DNA of 64,000 nt from Octopus sinensis (GCF_006345805.1 NC_042998.1:143158001-143222000); one strand, 5' to 3'; shown: positions 35,706 to 48,993, counted from the stretch's first letter. A program made the numbers and translations. Notes: generated by a model not told the origin, from the letters alone.

Positions 35706-38522
35706 AACAATGATGAACTGGCACAGAGGGGGAAAACATCCAGTTTGGATGGGATTTGAATGGAATAACTGAAGATTAATCCTTTTGTCACCATATTTCT
35801 GTTGAATTACACTGTGCCATTGTGTCAAATAATTTGGAAAATAATGAAGAAATTAGTAAATTAACTTTGTCACTATTAAGATAGTGTTTGAGACATAAAT
35901 TAACATATTTCATTTCAATGGAAAGGTTTAGTTAAGATCATTTTAACCCTTCAGTATTCAGATTTTTTTATAAATTGTTTATTGATTCACATGGTTTTGA
36001 ATTAATCACACATTGTCTTGTAGCTTCAAGATTTCAATGGTGTGCATGTATATTCTTAGAATGGCATTGTATGGACGGTGTAAGAGGTTGGATCTGATTA
36101 GTTTTAACATAAAACAAGTATAACATTCAGGTCGGATATGGCCAGATTAAATGCTGAAGGGTTTAAACAAAAAGTTTGTATCATAGTGCCAGGGGCAGTT
36201 TCAGGTAGGTTGGTATAAAAAAGGGATTAATTAGGGTGGAGAATAGCCATACAGATCACCAACTAACTGCCTTATTGTGGACCCAGTTTTTTGTAGCATT
36301 CAGCAAGTTAGGCAAATATTCCAAGCAACAGCAATAGTTGATCACTATAAATGTCCCATTCTTCTTATCAGCCATGTAAACCAGTTGAAGTTTGTGAGTC
36401 AATACTACAGTTCAATTGACAATTATCACTCAATGATTAGTTAAGATAATGAAGCTGTTTGTTGGTCATCTCAGTTTAAAAAGAGGCACTTAATCCCCTT
36501 AGCCCCAACTTCACCCAACAATCAGGAAATAACAGAGCTAAATCGTTTTTGACATAATTCTATTTGAGCAGAACCCAAAGCTTAAGTCCTTACTTCATTT
36601 CAGATCACAACGATATACAACCGTCATCTATCATATGAATCATCATCATTTAATGTCCACCTCTTGCATGGCTCAGACAGTTTTCCAAAGCAGATTTTCC
36701 ACAGTGTGATGCCCTTCCTATCACCAGCCAATACTTGGTTCCAAGCCTGTTTTATAGTTCCCTATGTCTTGACATGCTTTCACAGAATACTAATGATAAA
36801 TTACATTCATTTACAACCATCATGCAATGTCAAGGAGGTACAAACATAAACATACAAACAATTACTCTCCTCCTCAACTAGGAAACGTTTATACCCAATT
36901 GTGCATGTGCGTGTGTGTGGTGGCTGCTGACTTATTAGACAATTAGGACCATTGCTGACATCTTATTTCTATTATTTCTACAGCATGATGCCCTTCCTGT
37001 CACCAGCCAATAATTGGTTCCAAGCCTGTTTTTTTTTTTTCAATGACCTTGAGACCTACAATGGTTTTTAAAGCCACAAGTAACAAGCATTTTTCATTTT
37101 CAAATGTGGTATTCATATTCATAAGTTATAACTGGGTTCTGAAATTGAAAGTCTTTTCTATGCATACAGATATCCTAGATTACATCCAGAAAAAGGGCCT
37201 CCTGACTAACTGGTATAGACTCACTAATAGACAGGTTCCAGCCTTTACAGGCATGGTGTCTCCTCTCTCCACCTTTTTTACTGCTGGCTGGCTTCATGCC
37301 ACAACTGATCAGACACTACTGTCCCCTACTCATCCTCATCCAATCACACTTGTTGTAGCCAACCCCTCCCCCTCCTCAGGCCTTGCACTAATCAGTATGC
37401 CCAGTCTGTCCTTTCCATAGCATCATCCCTCTGGAATTCCCTTTTTACTCATATCTTTCCCTGCCGGTGTCGACTTACAAAGGGTCAAGAAAAGAATGAT
37501 ATCAATCTCACTTGTTCTGGTGGACCTGCAAAATCCAAGGACACCACCCCTTCCTCCAGACCTCAAGAAGTGTAAAACAAAAAATCTTAACTGCCAGTGC
37601 AGATGCCCATTTAAAAAACCTCCAGTCCACACTGTAAAGTGGTCGGCATTTGGAAGGGCATCCAGCTGCAAAAACCATGCCAAAACTAACCTCACTTGTG
37701 CTGATGCCACATAAATAGCACTAAGTCCACTCTATGTGGTTGGTGTTAGGAAAGGCATCCAGCCATAAAAACAAAAACATGCCAAAACAGACACAGAAAT
37801 ATGGTGCAGGCTTCTGCCTGGCCAGCTCCCATTAAACCATCCAACCCATGCCAGCACAGGAGGAGGACATTAAATGATGATGATTTCATGAAAAGTTACA
37901 TGGTTATACCATCGTAACTCTCACGCTACTAAACTAAAATGCCCAATAATTAGAGACCTTGATATAATGCTTGACTATTAAATTTTTTTTCTTCCTTTTG
38001 GAAGACAATTTTCAGAAAACTGAAAAATAATAGCCTAACATTCCAGTATATATTTGTCATAACACTACATAAGTGGAAAATGAAAATTATAGTGTAATTA
38101 TAGAGGGGGAGAGGTATTAAAGAGGGTTAATTTTATATCTTCAGTGTTGAGTGACAACTTTAAAATTTCTATAACAAAGTTTGGCTATAGTTCTTGCTTC
38201 TTCAAAGGAAAAAAAAATACATAATTCAACATAACAGTCAAACAAGAAGAGGTCAAAGAATGCGTACAAGAAAGACCTTTTCATTAAATATTATTAAATT
38301 TTAAATTATAGGTAGATAATGAAATATTTCTAAGTTGCCTTTTATAGCCCCATCTGTAACTGACACACACACATTTAACCTGATGGAATAACTAAAGATT
38401 AACTCCTTTGTTACCATATTTCTGTTGAATTACACTTTGTAGCACTAAGAATAATAACAATCACTGAATACATACAAAAAATAGGAAACTGAGAACTTCA
38501 AACACAGTAATAAATATATAAT

Positions 38523-38910
38523 GAGCACAGGCATGGCTATGTGGTAAGAAACTTGCTTACCAACCACATGGTTCCAGGTTTAGTCCCACTGCATTGCACC
38601 TTGAGCAGGTGTCTTCTACAATAGTCTCAGGCCAACCGAAGCCTTGAATGGATTTGGTAGATAGAAGCTGAAAGAAGCCTATCATTGTGTGTGTGTGTGT
38701 GTGTGCCTGTGTTTGTTTCCCACCACCACTTGACAACCAGTTTTGCTGTATTTAGGTCCCCCTAACTTAACGGTTTGGCAAAAGGGACTGATAGAATAAG
38801 TACTAGGCTTTAAAAAAAAAATTAGTCCTAGGGTCAATTTGTTCAATTAAAACCCTTCAAGGCCATGCCTCAGTACAGCTGCGGTCAAATGACTGAAACA
38901 AGATAAAAGA
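38523..38910 (+). mobile_element. SINE family A full-length copy
   Basis: Complete head, (TG)n, tail gactgaaacaagataaaaga. Confidence 0.88.
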
Positions 38911-40394
38911 TATAGTTGGATATGGTGAGGAGGAGGAGAACGATGCCAATATCAAGGAGGCTGTAAAAACAAGCTTGTAGATTTAATGAGGAGAGGGAAA
39001 TAAAGAGACATTCATGCTTTTCTTAAGGAGGATATTAGCAATATAAAGAAGGTGAAGAAACAATTACAATAAAGAATTACCACCCATGCTAGCATGGAAG
39101 ACGGACATTAAAGGATGACCCTAAGGATGAATTAAAACTGGGTTATGGATTTGTTACAAGTTTACCTTAACCTTCCAGTATTATTAGCATAACAAAAGTG
39201 TTGCCCATCAAATGACAGGTAACTTTGGAAGTATATTTTGTATATTTGCAATAAAAGTATGCTGTTATTTTTCTTAATTTTATCAACATAATCCAGTATA
39301 CTTAATAAAACACCTATTTCTGCAAAATTTCATTAAAAAATTTGTACTTTACAGAAAGTTATGACACTCATCCTGCACCTCTTATGTTAACCTCTGTATC
39401 TCTTTTACTCCCTCTTTCATGTAAAGCAAGTCTAGAGAAATCTACCAACATTTATCTCAGCCATGATTATGTCTTTGTTGAAAGAGGGCAGCATTAACCC
39501 TTTTGTTATCATATTTTTGTTGAAATACACTGTCATTGTTTCAATTAATTCTGATAATAATGAAGAATTTAAAACAACTTCGCTGGTCGTTGGAACACAT
39601 AAGCGTAAATTTTGATGGCAAGTTTTGGCTTAGATTGTTTTAAAACAGGGAATTAGTATCAAAGAACTAGGGACATTAGTCACAGATATGGTTGGTTTCA
39701 GAAGGGTTAAAGTGATGCCAAAATGAGATTTTATTCAAGAAATCAGAAAAGAGATAAAGTGTATTAGTGATCACCCACTGGAAACAGTTGAAAACAGTAA
39801 CTTAAATTAAAATAGTATCTAAGAACAATTTTTGAGGTAATATTCAGAAAATACCTGACAACCACTATATGCACCACTACAAGAGTTAGTCCTTACAAAC
39901 ACCGAGAGAGTATTATCTTTACATTCTGAGTTCAAATGCTGCCATGGCGAACTTTGATTTTTATCCTTTCAGAGTCAATAAAATAAAGTAAGTACCAGAG
40001 TTGAAGCAACTGACCTGGTCTCTCTCCTCAAAACTGCTGTCCAACAACACACAAATGATTCTGCCAACTCACAACCTTAATAATTATTATTATGACTTCT
40101 TTTATTGGCCAAGAAGGCCCAAAATGCTGAAAGGTGGTGGGGAGGGTTAACACAAATATAACTACATTATCAATAACTTACCCAGTAGCAGGGAAAATCC
40201 AGGAGAACTCACAAAACCCCAAATTATTCTGCTTTATCAAAGGCTTCAAAGAGTATCTTCCTCCACTTTCTTTCCTCCTACTTAGAAAAACAAAATCCCC
40301 TGACCAGGCTCTAATTGTCTGTTTTAGCATGGCTTCTATGGTTGGATATCCATCCTAATGCAAACCACTTTACGGAGTGTGCTTGGTGCTTTGT

Positions 40395-40915
40395 ACATGT
40401 CACTGGCACAGGTGCATTTACATGGCACTAGCACAAGTTCATTTTATACGTCACCAACACAAGTGCATTTTGAGTGGCACCAGTACAAGTTCATTTTATG
40501 TGACACTGGTACAAGTACATTTTACATAGCACCAGCACAAGTGCAGGTGCTGACAAGTGCATTTTACTGACACAAGTACATTTTACATAGCACCAGCACA
40601 AGTGCAGGTGTTGACAAGTGCATTTTACTGACACAAGTACATTTTACATAGCACCAGCACAAGTGCAGGTGCTGACAAGTGCATTTTACTGACACAAGTA
40701 CATTTTACATAGCACCAGCACAAGTGCAGGTGCTGACAAGTGCATTTTACTGACACAAGTGCATTTTACATAGCACCAGCACAAGTGCAGGTGCTGACAA
40801 GTGCATTTTACTGACACAAGTACATTTTACATAGCACCAGCACAAGTGCAGGTGTTGACAAGTGCATTTTACTGACACAAGTGCATTTTACGTGGCACCA
40901 GCTTGAATGCATTTT
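40395..40915. repeat. Minisatellite: ~5 diverged 25-26 bp units, then 6+ near-identical 61-bp units (starts 40511, 40572, 40633, 40694, 40755, 40816, 40877)
   Basis: Unit acaagtacattttacatagcaccagcacaagtgcaggtgctgacaagtgcattttactgac. Confidence 0.95.
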
Positions 40916-42727
40916 ACTATATATATATATTAGAGACAGAGAGTTAGGAAAATATTGATCTAAAACAGCTATCAGATGACGACGGAAGACAACTTGAAGT
41001 TAAATATGGTTAACCTATGATGATCAGCCACTTTGAGGGAAAAACAAAAATGATATGGAGTTCCAACAAGTTCAAAATTCTAGAAAACAAGGAAAGATTG
41101 AGCATAGTGTAAATTGCCAAGTCTAGGAGATGAGACACTGGAAGTAAAAGGAAAAGATGCAATGGAACAACTGAGGTTTAAGGAGTTGTATACAGCCAGA
41201 TTAAGATTTTGGAGTGGCTCTATTTCCATGGAACAAGTGAATGTATAACAGTTAATACTGTCATATTAACAGCATGGATGTGGATTTTTATCAATGTTTA
41301 ATCCTTTCATCTGAAATATTGATGCTACTGCTTACCTCTAGTTTAAATATTAAATTCATCTCCTCTTGGATAAGGCATCAAGCTTATGAGATGAGATGAT
41401 TGGGTGCAGCTGCTTGGATACTGACAATTTAGCACAGTTGACTGGACATTCGGCCTGCTTTAACAACAGTACTTTTTGGCACTGGAAGCAAATACACACG
41501 TACGTATGCACATGCAGAAATATATACATACAGATAAACAGAGAGGGACAGAGAGAGAGCAACAGAGAAACATTAAACTGTCTCATGTCATTTAAGTCAG
41601 TATTGAATCAGCAATGCCAAAACACTCTGCAATTAATATTCCCAGATGATTTGGTACTTGTTTCTGATGGACATGCAAACTATGACAATGTAGAATAAAG
41701 TGCTTTGCACATAAATTACAATAAAATACCTGCAGTGAATTTAAACTCACTTTTACCTGTAGTTGCATGTCATGTGGCTCAGATTAACATATGATGGTCA
41801 CTCCCATCAGTTTCGATGTATAAGTGTTTGAAGGACAGGTCTTAAAGAAAGGAAAAAAAAACACTAAGAAGCTGCATCTATTTGCAATGGATGCATGAAT
41901 GTAATTTTAGCCTGGGTATGGACTTTGCTGTGAAGTCGCAATGATGATTTTCATTTTGCCTGGGATTGGGCAAGTGTGTCTATTGGTGGTAGGATGTAGT
42001 TCTAACACCATACAGATCAATCTAAGTAATGACTTTCCCAAGATGTCAGATTAAGCTAACATACTGAATAATTACCTAATTTCAATGTGTTGAACCACCT
42101 CAAAGTCACCTTTATTTGTCTAACTGAGCAGTCAGACAAATAAAGGTTGACAAATTAAGCACTAGAGTGAAGTAAGTACTAATCAACTAAAAGCTTTTGA
42201 AGGTGGTGCCCCAGTAGGACCTCACTCCAATGACACAAACCAACAAAAGAATAGGTCTAGAATTTATGAAAACTAATGGAGTTTATTCTCAGTTCAAAAT
42301 TATAGGTATTACATTTTTTTATCTCATAGCACATTGTTTTTTACTTATTTTTAAAATCTCTTATCCCAGTTATTACCATCCATTTTTCCATATTCACATG
42401 GGTCTAGACACAGTTTGTTACGGCAAACTTTTATATGGCTGCATGCCATGTCACTAACCTACACCTCATTCCAAGCAAGGCAATATTTTCCCATGACAAG
42501 ATAATTTTTATCACAGAAGATTAGAAATGGACACCACTTGCATGACAGTGAGATTTGTTTACAACAACCATGTAAAACCAAGACAATACAAACACACACA
42601 CATTAATGACTTGTAGGCACAGGGTATTTCATTATCCAACCATAATATGCTATAAAGTATATTAAACGCTTTTATAAGGCAATAATGTGTACTACTGTGT
42701 TAGCAATGCATTTAAACTATGTGTTAA

Positions 42728-42856
42728 GGTCATCTCTACAGATTTTCTATAGAAATTATAGCCAGCACTGATTTTGTCAGCACTTGGATATGAAAGAAAC
42801 ATTGTAACAAAATCAGTGCTGGCTATAATTTCAATAGAAAACCTGTAGCGATGACC
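42728..42856. repeat. 129-bp inverted repeat (50-bp arms, 3 mismatches, 29-nt loop)
   Basis: ggtcatctctacagattttctatagaaattatagccagcactgattttgt ... acaaaatcagtgctggctataatttcaatagaaaacctgtagcgatgacc. Confidence 0.9.
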
Positions 42857-44024
42857 CACATACACATATATGAGACAGAGATAACAGGCTTCTTTCAAGG
42901 GCAAGATGGATAATGAATGTAATCAAAAGTAAAAACTGAAATGAAAACTGAACTCTAACCCAGGATATCAATTAGAGTCTTAGACCAATATTCTATCAAT
43001 GAATCAATACATGTCTAACCATTCTGTTACCATGTCTGCTGAAATACATTACTTTTGTTACTATTAATTTTGAAATTTATGAAGAATTAAGTAAAATAAC
43101 TTAGTCATTACTAAGCTACTGTTTGGAACAAAAATTAATATAAAATTTTATAGAATGTTTTAATTTAGATCACCTTAAACCTTTTATTAACATATTTCTG
43201 CTAAAGCATAAGGTTTTGTTTCAAATAAGCTGGTGTTTGGCAAATAAATTAACATGAAAGTTTGATGGGAGGTGTAAATTTACATCACTTTAAAAAAGTT
43301 TGTATTACGCAACCAGGTTGTTCACAGGTGATTTAGTATCAACAGAGTCAAGTCTATTATTCCAAGTCTTAGTTGCAGTTATCCAATCTGTGTTGATCAC
43401 CTTATTTTGCAAAGTAGACAGGACTCAAAACAAAGTTTTACTACACGTGACTGTAGGGATCAAAATTGATCATCATCATGATGGTTTAACATCCATACTT
43501 TTTCCATACTTGCACAGATCAGACAGAATTTGTTGAGGTAGATTTTATACAGCCAGTTACCTTTCCTGTTGCCAACCCTTATCTGTTTCCAAGCAAGATA
43601 ATATTTCCTTATGGCCAGATGAGTTTTTTTGTTTTTTTTCTGTAGAAGACTAGAAATAAACATCAGTTGCATACTCATTTAAAACCACACCACATCAAGA
43701 CAAGAGTAGACACACACATACATACTGACTTCTTTCAGCTTCTGTCACAAGGCTTTGGCTGGCCCAGGGCTATAGTAGAAGTCAGTTGCCCAAAGTGTCA
43801 TACACTGGGACTGGACTCTAGACCAAATGGTTTGAGAAGCGAGCATGTTAACACAGCCACACCTGCATTTATAAAATACAAAAACATTTGGCTAAAGTAT
43901 TAACCCTAATCCTCTTAGACAAATTCATACACTAAATAAAGTTAGTCCAACTAAGAATCATTCACAATATTCTTAAGATATAATGTAAACAAAAGAAAAC
44001 AACCCACCCTGGGTATATAAAATC

Positions 44025-44340
44025 TCTTGTCTTTTACTTGCTTCAACATTGAACTGCAGCCATGCTGAAGCACTGCCTTGAAAAGTTTAGTTGACAAAAT
44101 CAACCCCAGTACTTATCATTTTTAAGTCTGATACTTATTCTATCGATCTTTTTTAGTGAACTGCTAAGTTATGGAGATGTAAGCAAACCAACACCAGTTG
44201 TCAAGCAAGTGGTGGGGAATGGACAAACACACACACATGTGCACAAAATGAGCTTTCTCAGTTTCTGTCTACCAAATTCATCGCAGGCCCAAAGTGACAT
44301 GCAATGGGACTGAACCCAAGACCACATGATTGCAAAGCAA
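44025..44340 (-). mobile_element. SINE family A copy with internal deletion
   Basis: Reverse-complement tail and partial head. Confidence 0.8.
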
Positions 44341-44884
44341 CCCTGTTTTTGAAGAAAGGAAAGGGTGGAAGATGAAGTAAATAGAAGCAAAGACATATCA
44401 ACTGTCGCAGGTTAAATATGACAAGTTTTATAACTTAATCAACGAAGAGTTCCAAATAAACCCAGTATTTTTCCTGTTGGACATGTCAACAATATTATTC
44501 ACCATATCCACCCTCAACCCTACCCAAAGTTTACAGTCATTGCCCACCTCTCCTCCTTTCAACCATTCATTTCTCAATCTTTTCTTTTCTACTCTAGGCA
44601 CAAGGCCCGAAATTTTGGGGGAGGAGGCCAGTAGATTAGATCCCTTTCCAATTCCACCCAATCACTCCTACCCAATCTTCTAGAAATTGAGCAGTCTTAT
44701 AGCTTCTTTGCAATAGGAAACCTGTACGGCTCTGGCCTTTTGTCTCTCATACTTTAACCCTTCATTTCCTAGCATAAAGCCACCACCTCAGAGTTTCATG
44801 GTCTAGTAAACTGCATGATGACTTCACTAACGTTGGTGGCCTGAAAAAAGAACCAAGTATACACTGTAAAATGATTGGTGTTAA

Positions 44885-45458
44885 CCCTTCATGGGCAGGT
44901 GGGATTCCTTGAGGCCCCAGCAAATATTTTAAAGTTATGCAATTTTTACATTTTTTATTTAAATGATTTTATATGTATGCACATAAAATTTTTAAGTTAA
45001 AAATTTCCAGCCATATGGATGTTATGGCATAAAAATATGGTCATTGGACACCATTGGCCTTCTGTGAAATAATTTTTTCTTTCAGATATTCTGATTAACT
45101 ATAAGTCAATTTTCTTTGTATTTGTACTGGTATGAATCGATATACTAAATAATTTTTGTTTTATTTTATATTTAGTGCTATATGTATAGCTCATAAACCT
45201 ATAAAAGATGTTGATTTCTTTCAATAAAGGTTTTTTCAGTCAATAGATTATATTTTAATTCCCCTCCATTAAATTCTAATAATTACAAATATATACCTAT
45301 AAGGTGCCAAATTTGTTCTGTATCATGCACTCACACATATACAAGATTAAACAAATATTACTTTATGGATAGTACAGAAATGCACAAAAATAAAAGGGGG
45401 TCCCTCGAGGACCCCAATGGCCTTTTGTGTAATTCCAACCCCGCCGGCCCATGACAGG
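44885..45458. mobile_element. piggyBac-type non-autonomous element (574 bp) with TTAA TSD
   Basis: TTAA|CCCTTCATGGGCAGGTGGG ... CCCGCCGGCCCATGACAGG|TTAA; subterminal near-palindrome ggggtccctcgaggacccc; splits an RTE tail. Confidence 0.8.
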
Positions 45459-47283
45459 TTAATAACAGCCTCCAACTGTCAAAACAAAGCCAAAGCAGAG
45501 ACTGAGCACGATGCAGTCCTTGGGCCCATCCGATCGTATCAAACCATCCAACTCATGTCAGCATGGAACTAAGCATTAAATGATGATGATTTTTTTATCT
45601 TACAACAACTTTAATGAATTTGTTATTTCATACATAATTATGTTCAGTACCCATGCTGGCATGGCTTGGACAGGTCACTACAGCCAGAGTGAGCACATAT
45701 TCAGAAGTTACTGCACACACAGACAGTCAGAAGATTGCATTTCTGTGTGTTTCATACATTTGTAAGAATTACTGGAGTGGGTCTTTTACAGCAGGACATC
45801 ATCAAATACAGAATTAACAAATTCAAGCCCAGTATATTACTAGTATCCATTATGGCAATGCTGGGAGATGATAAACAAAGTGGGGCAATGAATTGTAAAG
45901 CATCTAACTAATTCAAACAGTTCTACTTTCCACAACACATTCAGGACCCAGTACTCTTCAATACAGAAATTATATGCAGAAGACAAGTGCATGGTCGAAC
46001 CAGTTTCAAGATAAAATACTAAATTAGAATAAAAACACTAGCCTTTTGAAAAGCTGCAATAGTGCCAGTGGAGTGGTCTTATATTTGTTTTTTTCTTTTG
46101 ACAAAAGCAAAACATAAAAAAAAAAATACGATTAGAAATCATAATGGAGAGAAACATTTATAGACAACAGTTGGCAAGTAGAGTAGAGGGAAGAATTAAA
46201 TTTACTTCATTCCATGCCAACATCAACACAAGTGGCCTGTCAAAAAAAAAAAAAAGAGAGACCATCTGGTAAAAAAAGGCCAACATATTTGGGATATTGG
46301 CCAACATAGCCAAGCAAAAGCTGTATGATGATTAATAATATAGTTGAGTAGTCTTGGTTAGCTCCACTCAAATATATGTCAATTTAATATAATACAGTTT
46401 GAGTGAAGGCATGTGGCCTAATGGTTAAGGTGTTGCACTTGCAATCATAAGATTGTGGTTTCCCTTCCCAGACTAAGCAGTGCATAGTGTTTTTTAACAA
46501 AACACTTCATTTCATGCTACTCTAGTCTAAATGAATTCCAGCAATAGCTGGAAAGTTAATCCTGTGACAGACTGACATCTCATTCCGGAGTGTTGTAGTC
46601 TCAGATCACTTATAAACCAGGGAAACTGGCCTTATTAGTCTTAGGGTATATGACAAAGTTAAGTAAGTCTAAGTCATTAATGGAACCAATTTACTCACCA
46701 CTCAAAACTATCTGATACCACTTTGTGCTTACAGATTATGTGATGATCTCTCTCTTCAAGTAGATTCATTCATACAAACTCAAATAAGTGATAACAAGTA
46801 CCTGTTAGGTATTTTTGCCAAAATGTCCAAATGGATGAACTAAAAAAAAAGCTGATGTGACACTGATAGCAGCTTATTATCATAGTTTTATGTACAGGGT
46901 AATCAAGTTTATTTATTTAGTCATTCCTAACAATTTTCTCATAAATTTCAATATTTGCTATTTTTGAACATTTTATATTTTTTCTTTCAATTTTGCTCTA
47001 TTGCCCCTAAATGTTCTTTATAATTTCCTATGCATGTACAAGGCTTTCATCAACATCATTTTAATGTCCACTTTTCTATACTGCTATGTGCAGGACAGAA
47101 TTCATCGAAGAAGATTTTCTACAACCAAATGCTCTTCTTGTCCTTCACCCTCACCAGTATCCAAGCAAGATAACATTTTCTTATGGCCAGACAAGATTTC
47201 ATTGAAAATGATGCTCACCACTTGTAATGACAATGACACGTGTTTGCAACTTTCATGCTAAGAAAATAAGCCACATACATACA

Positions 47284-47289
<6 letters not shown>

Positions 47290-47328
<39 letters not shown>

Positions 47329-48973
47329 GGCAATTTCTGTCTGTCTGATACTATCTTGCTGCCTACACCAATGAACCATTCTTCTAGAAACTTTGCATAC
47401 ATGTTAAACTAACACCCAGTTGAATTATAAGGCTAGTTGGATTTCAATAAAAATTTATAATGGGCCCCATAGATGGGGGCTGCAGCACATGTTTACAAAT
47501 CAATAACACATCAACTGATATGAATTAAGTAAGACTTCTGTAAGGCTCAAGCATATAAAAAAGCGTGTGACCTTTGTGAGAACAACTCAAGTTTCCAACG
47601 GAAAACAATTCTGCATGCAGCACCTGTATGTCACATTAAGGACACGGTCAGCTGCAAGATTCATGGATAGAACATGGAACAATGTAATGACCAATGACCT
47701 GGAAGTTGGCTCACCATGAGATTATTTGATGAATTGAATCCAAATCACCATAACATCTTAATCATTTTTATCAAGCAACACGAGATATAGCCATACTATG
47801 GTAAGCTACAGCACGCTACAATGCCAGCTACAATATGTGGATTTTCTTACAAGAAGTTTTCTGTAAAAGGTACATCCCATATCACCTGCCCCAAGTCATC
47901 CACTCCATGTCAACCATCCCATATCATCCACTTCAAATCAACCATCCCATGTCCTACAACTCCCAAGTTTCCCATCCAATATTACCCACATAAGTATGAC
48001 TGAAATGAACAAATGTTTAAGCAGTAAAGAATTTCAGTAATCTTGGTTTTTATTATCCTATTGTATAGCCTACAAGTTTTGTTTCAAATTATCCCAAATT
48101 ACCCACATAAGCATGACCAAAATGAACAAATTTTTAAACTTATATGTTTAAGTGATTACTTACAAGTAAAATTATTTATTTTTTTTATTTCATCAGGAGA
48201 CAGCAACAGAGAGAGAAGCTTGCCTAACTGCAGATAAAGCAGCCCATGAAAGAGTAAGGCAAGCAGAAACAGCAAGAGAGACAGAAGCTCACCTTAATGC
48301 AGATAGAGAGTCACACCGATGCACAAGAGAAGCTGAAGACGCAACACCTAACTGATTCTAAAATTTACATATTGACATAAATCGAATCAAGTCAAACCAA
48401 ATCAAAATAGATGAACATCAATGGAATTTGTATCCTTGTGGTACCAGTGCCGGTGGCACATAAGAAAACCATCCGAACGGGACCGTAGCCAGTACCGCAT
48501 CGACTGGCCTCCGTGCTGTGGGCACGTAACAAACACCGTCCGAGCGTGGCCGTCTGCCAGCCTCGTCTGGCACCTGTGTCGGTGGCACATAAAAACACCA
48601 TCCGAGCGTGGCCGTCTGCCAGCCTCGTCTGGCACCTGTGTCGGTGGCACATAAAAACACCATCCGAGCGTGGCTGTTCGCCAGCCTCGTCTGGCACCTG
48701 TGTCGGTGGCACATAAAATAACCCACTACACTCTCGGAGTGGTTGGCGTTAGGAAGGGCATCCAGCTGTAGAAACACTGCCAGATCTGACTGGCCTGGAG
48801 CAGCCTTCGGGCTCCCCAGACCCCAGTTGAACCGTCTAACCCATGCTAGCATGGAAAGCGGACGTTAAACGATGATGATGATGATGATGATGACATAGGA
48901 TTAGGGAGAGGAACTAAAATGGGAACTGGAAATAATCTCTACTTCTCCAGGTATTACAGGGTAATTCAGCTAG
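47290..48973 (+). mobile_element. Helitron-like remnant, interrupted by an RTE insertion at 48380-48890
   Basis: 5' (TA)n-aaatggcaatttctgtctgtctg start; 23-aa STPR-type repeats at 48197-48355; 3' end ccaggtattacagggtaattcagCTAG|t (decayed hairpin + CTAG). Confidence 0.6.
48380..48890 (+). mobile_element. Young 5'-truncated RTE 3' UTR copy with three 62-bp internal repeats and (GAT)n tail
   Basis: CpG-rich; TSD-like TGACATA at 48373-48379 and 48891-48897. Confidence 0.85.
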
Positions 48974-48993
48974 TGTGTGTGTGTATGTGTATA

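Noticed and set aside
40511-40915. Regular repeat array as a CRISPR-like locus
   Set aside because: Units are contiguous with no unique spacers; eukaryotic intron; ordinary minisatellite. The same applies to the 62-bp arrays at 48535-49410.
41015-41030. TGGCTGATCATCATAG after a good pyrimidine tract, resembling the WLISQQ micro-exon
   Set aside because: 16 nt (frameshifting), weak GTTAAC donor that is not U12-type, and read-through hits TAA.
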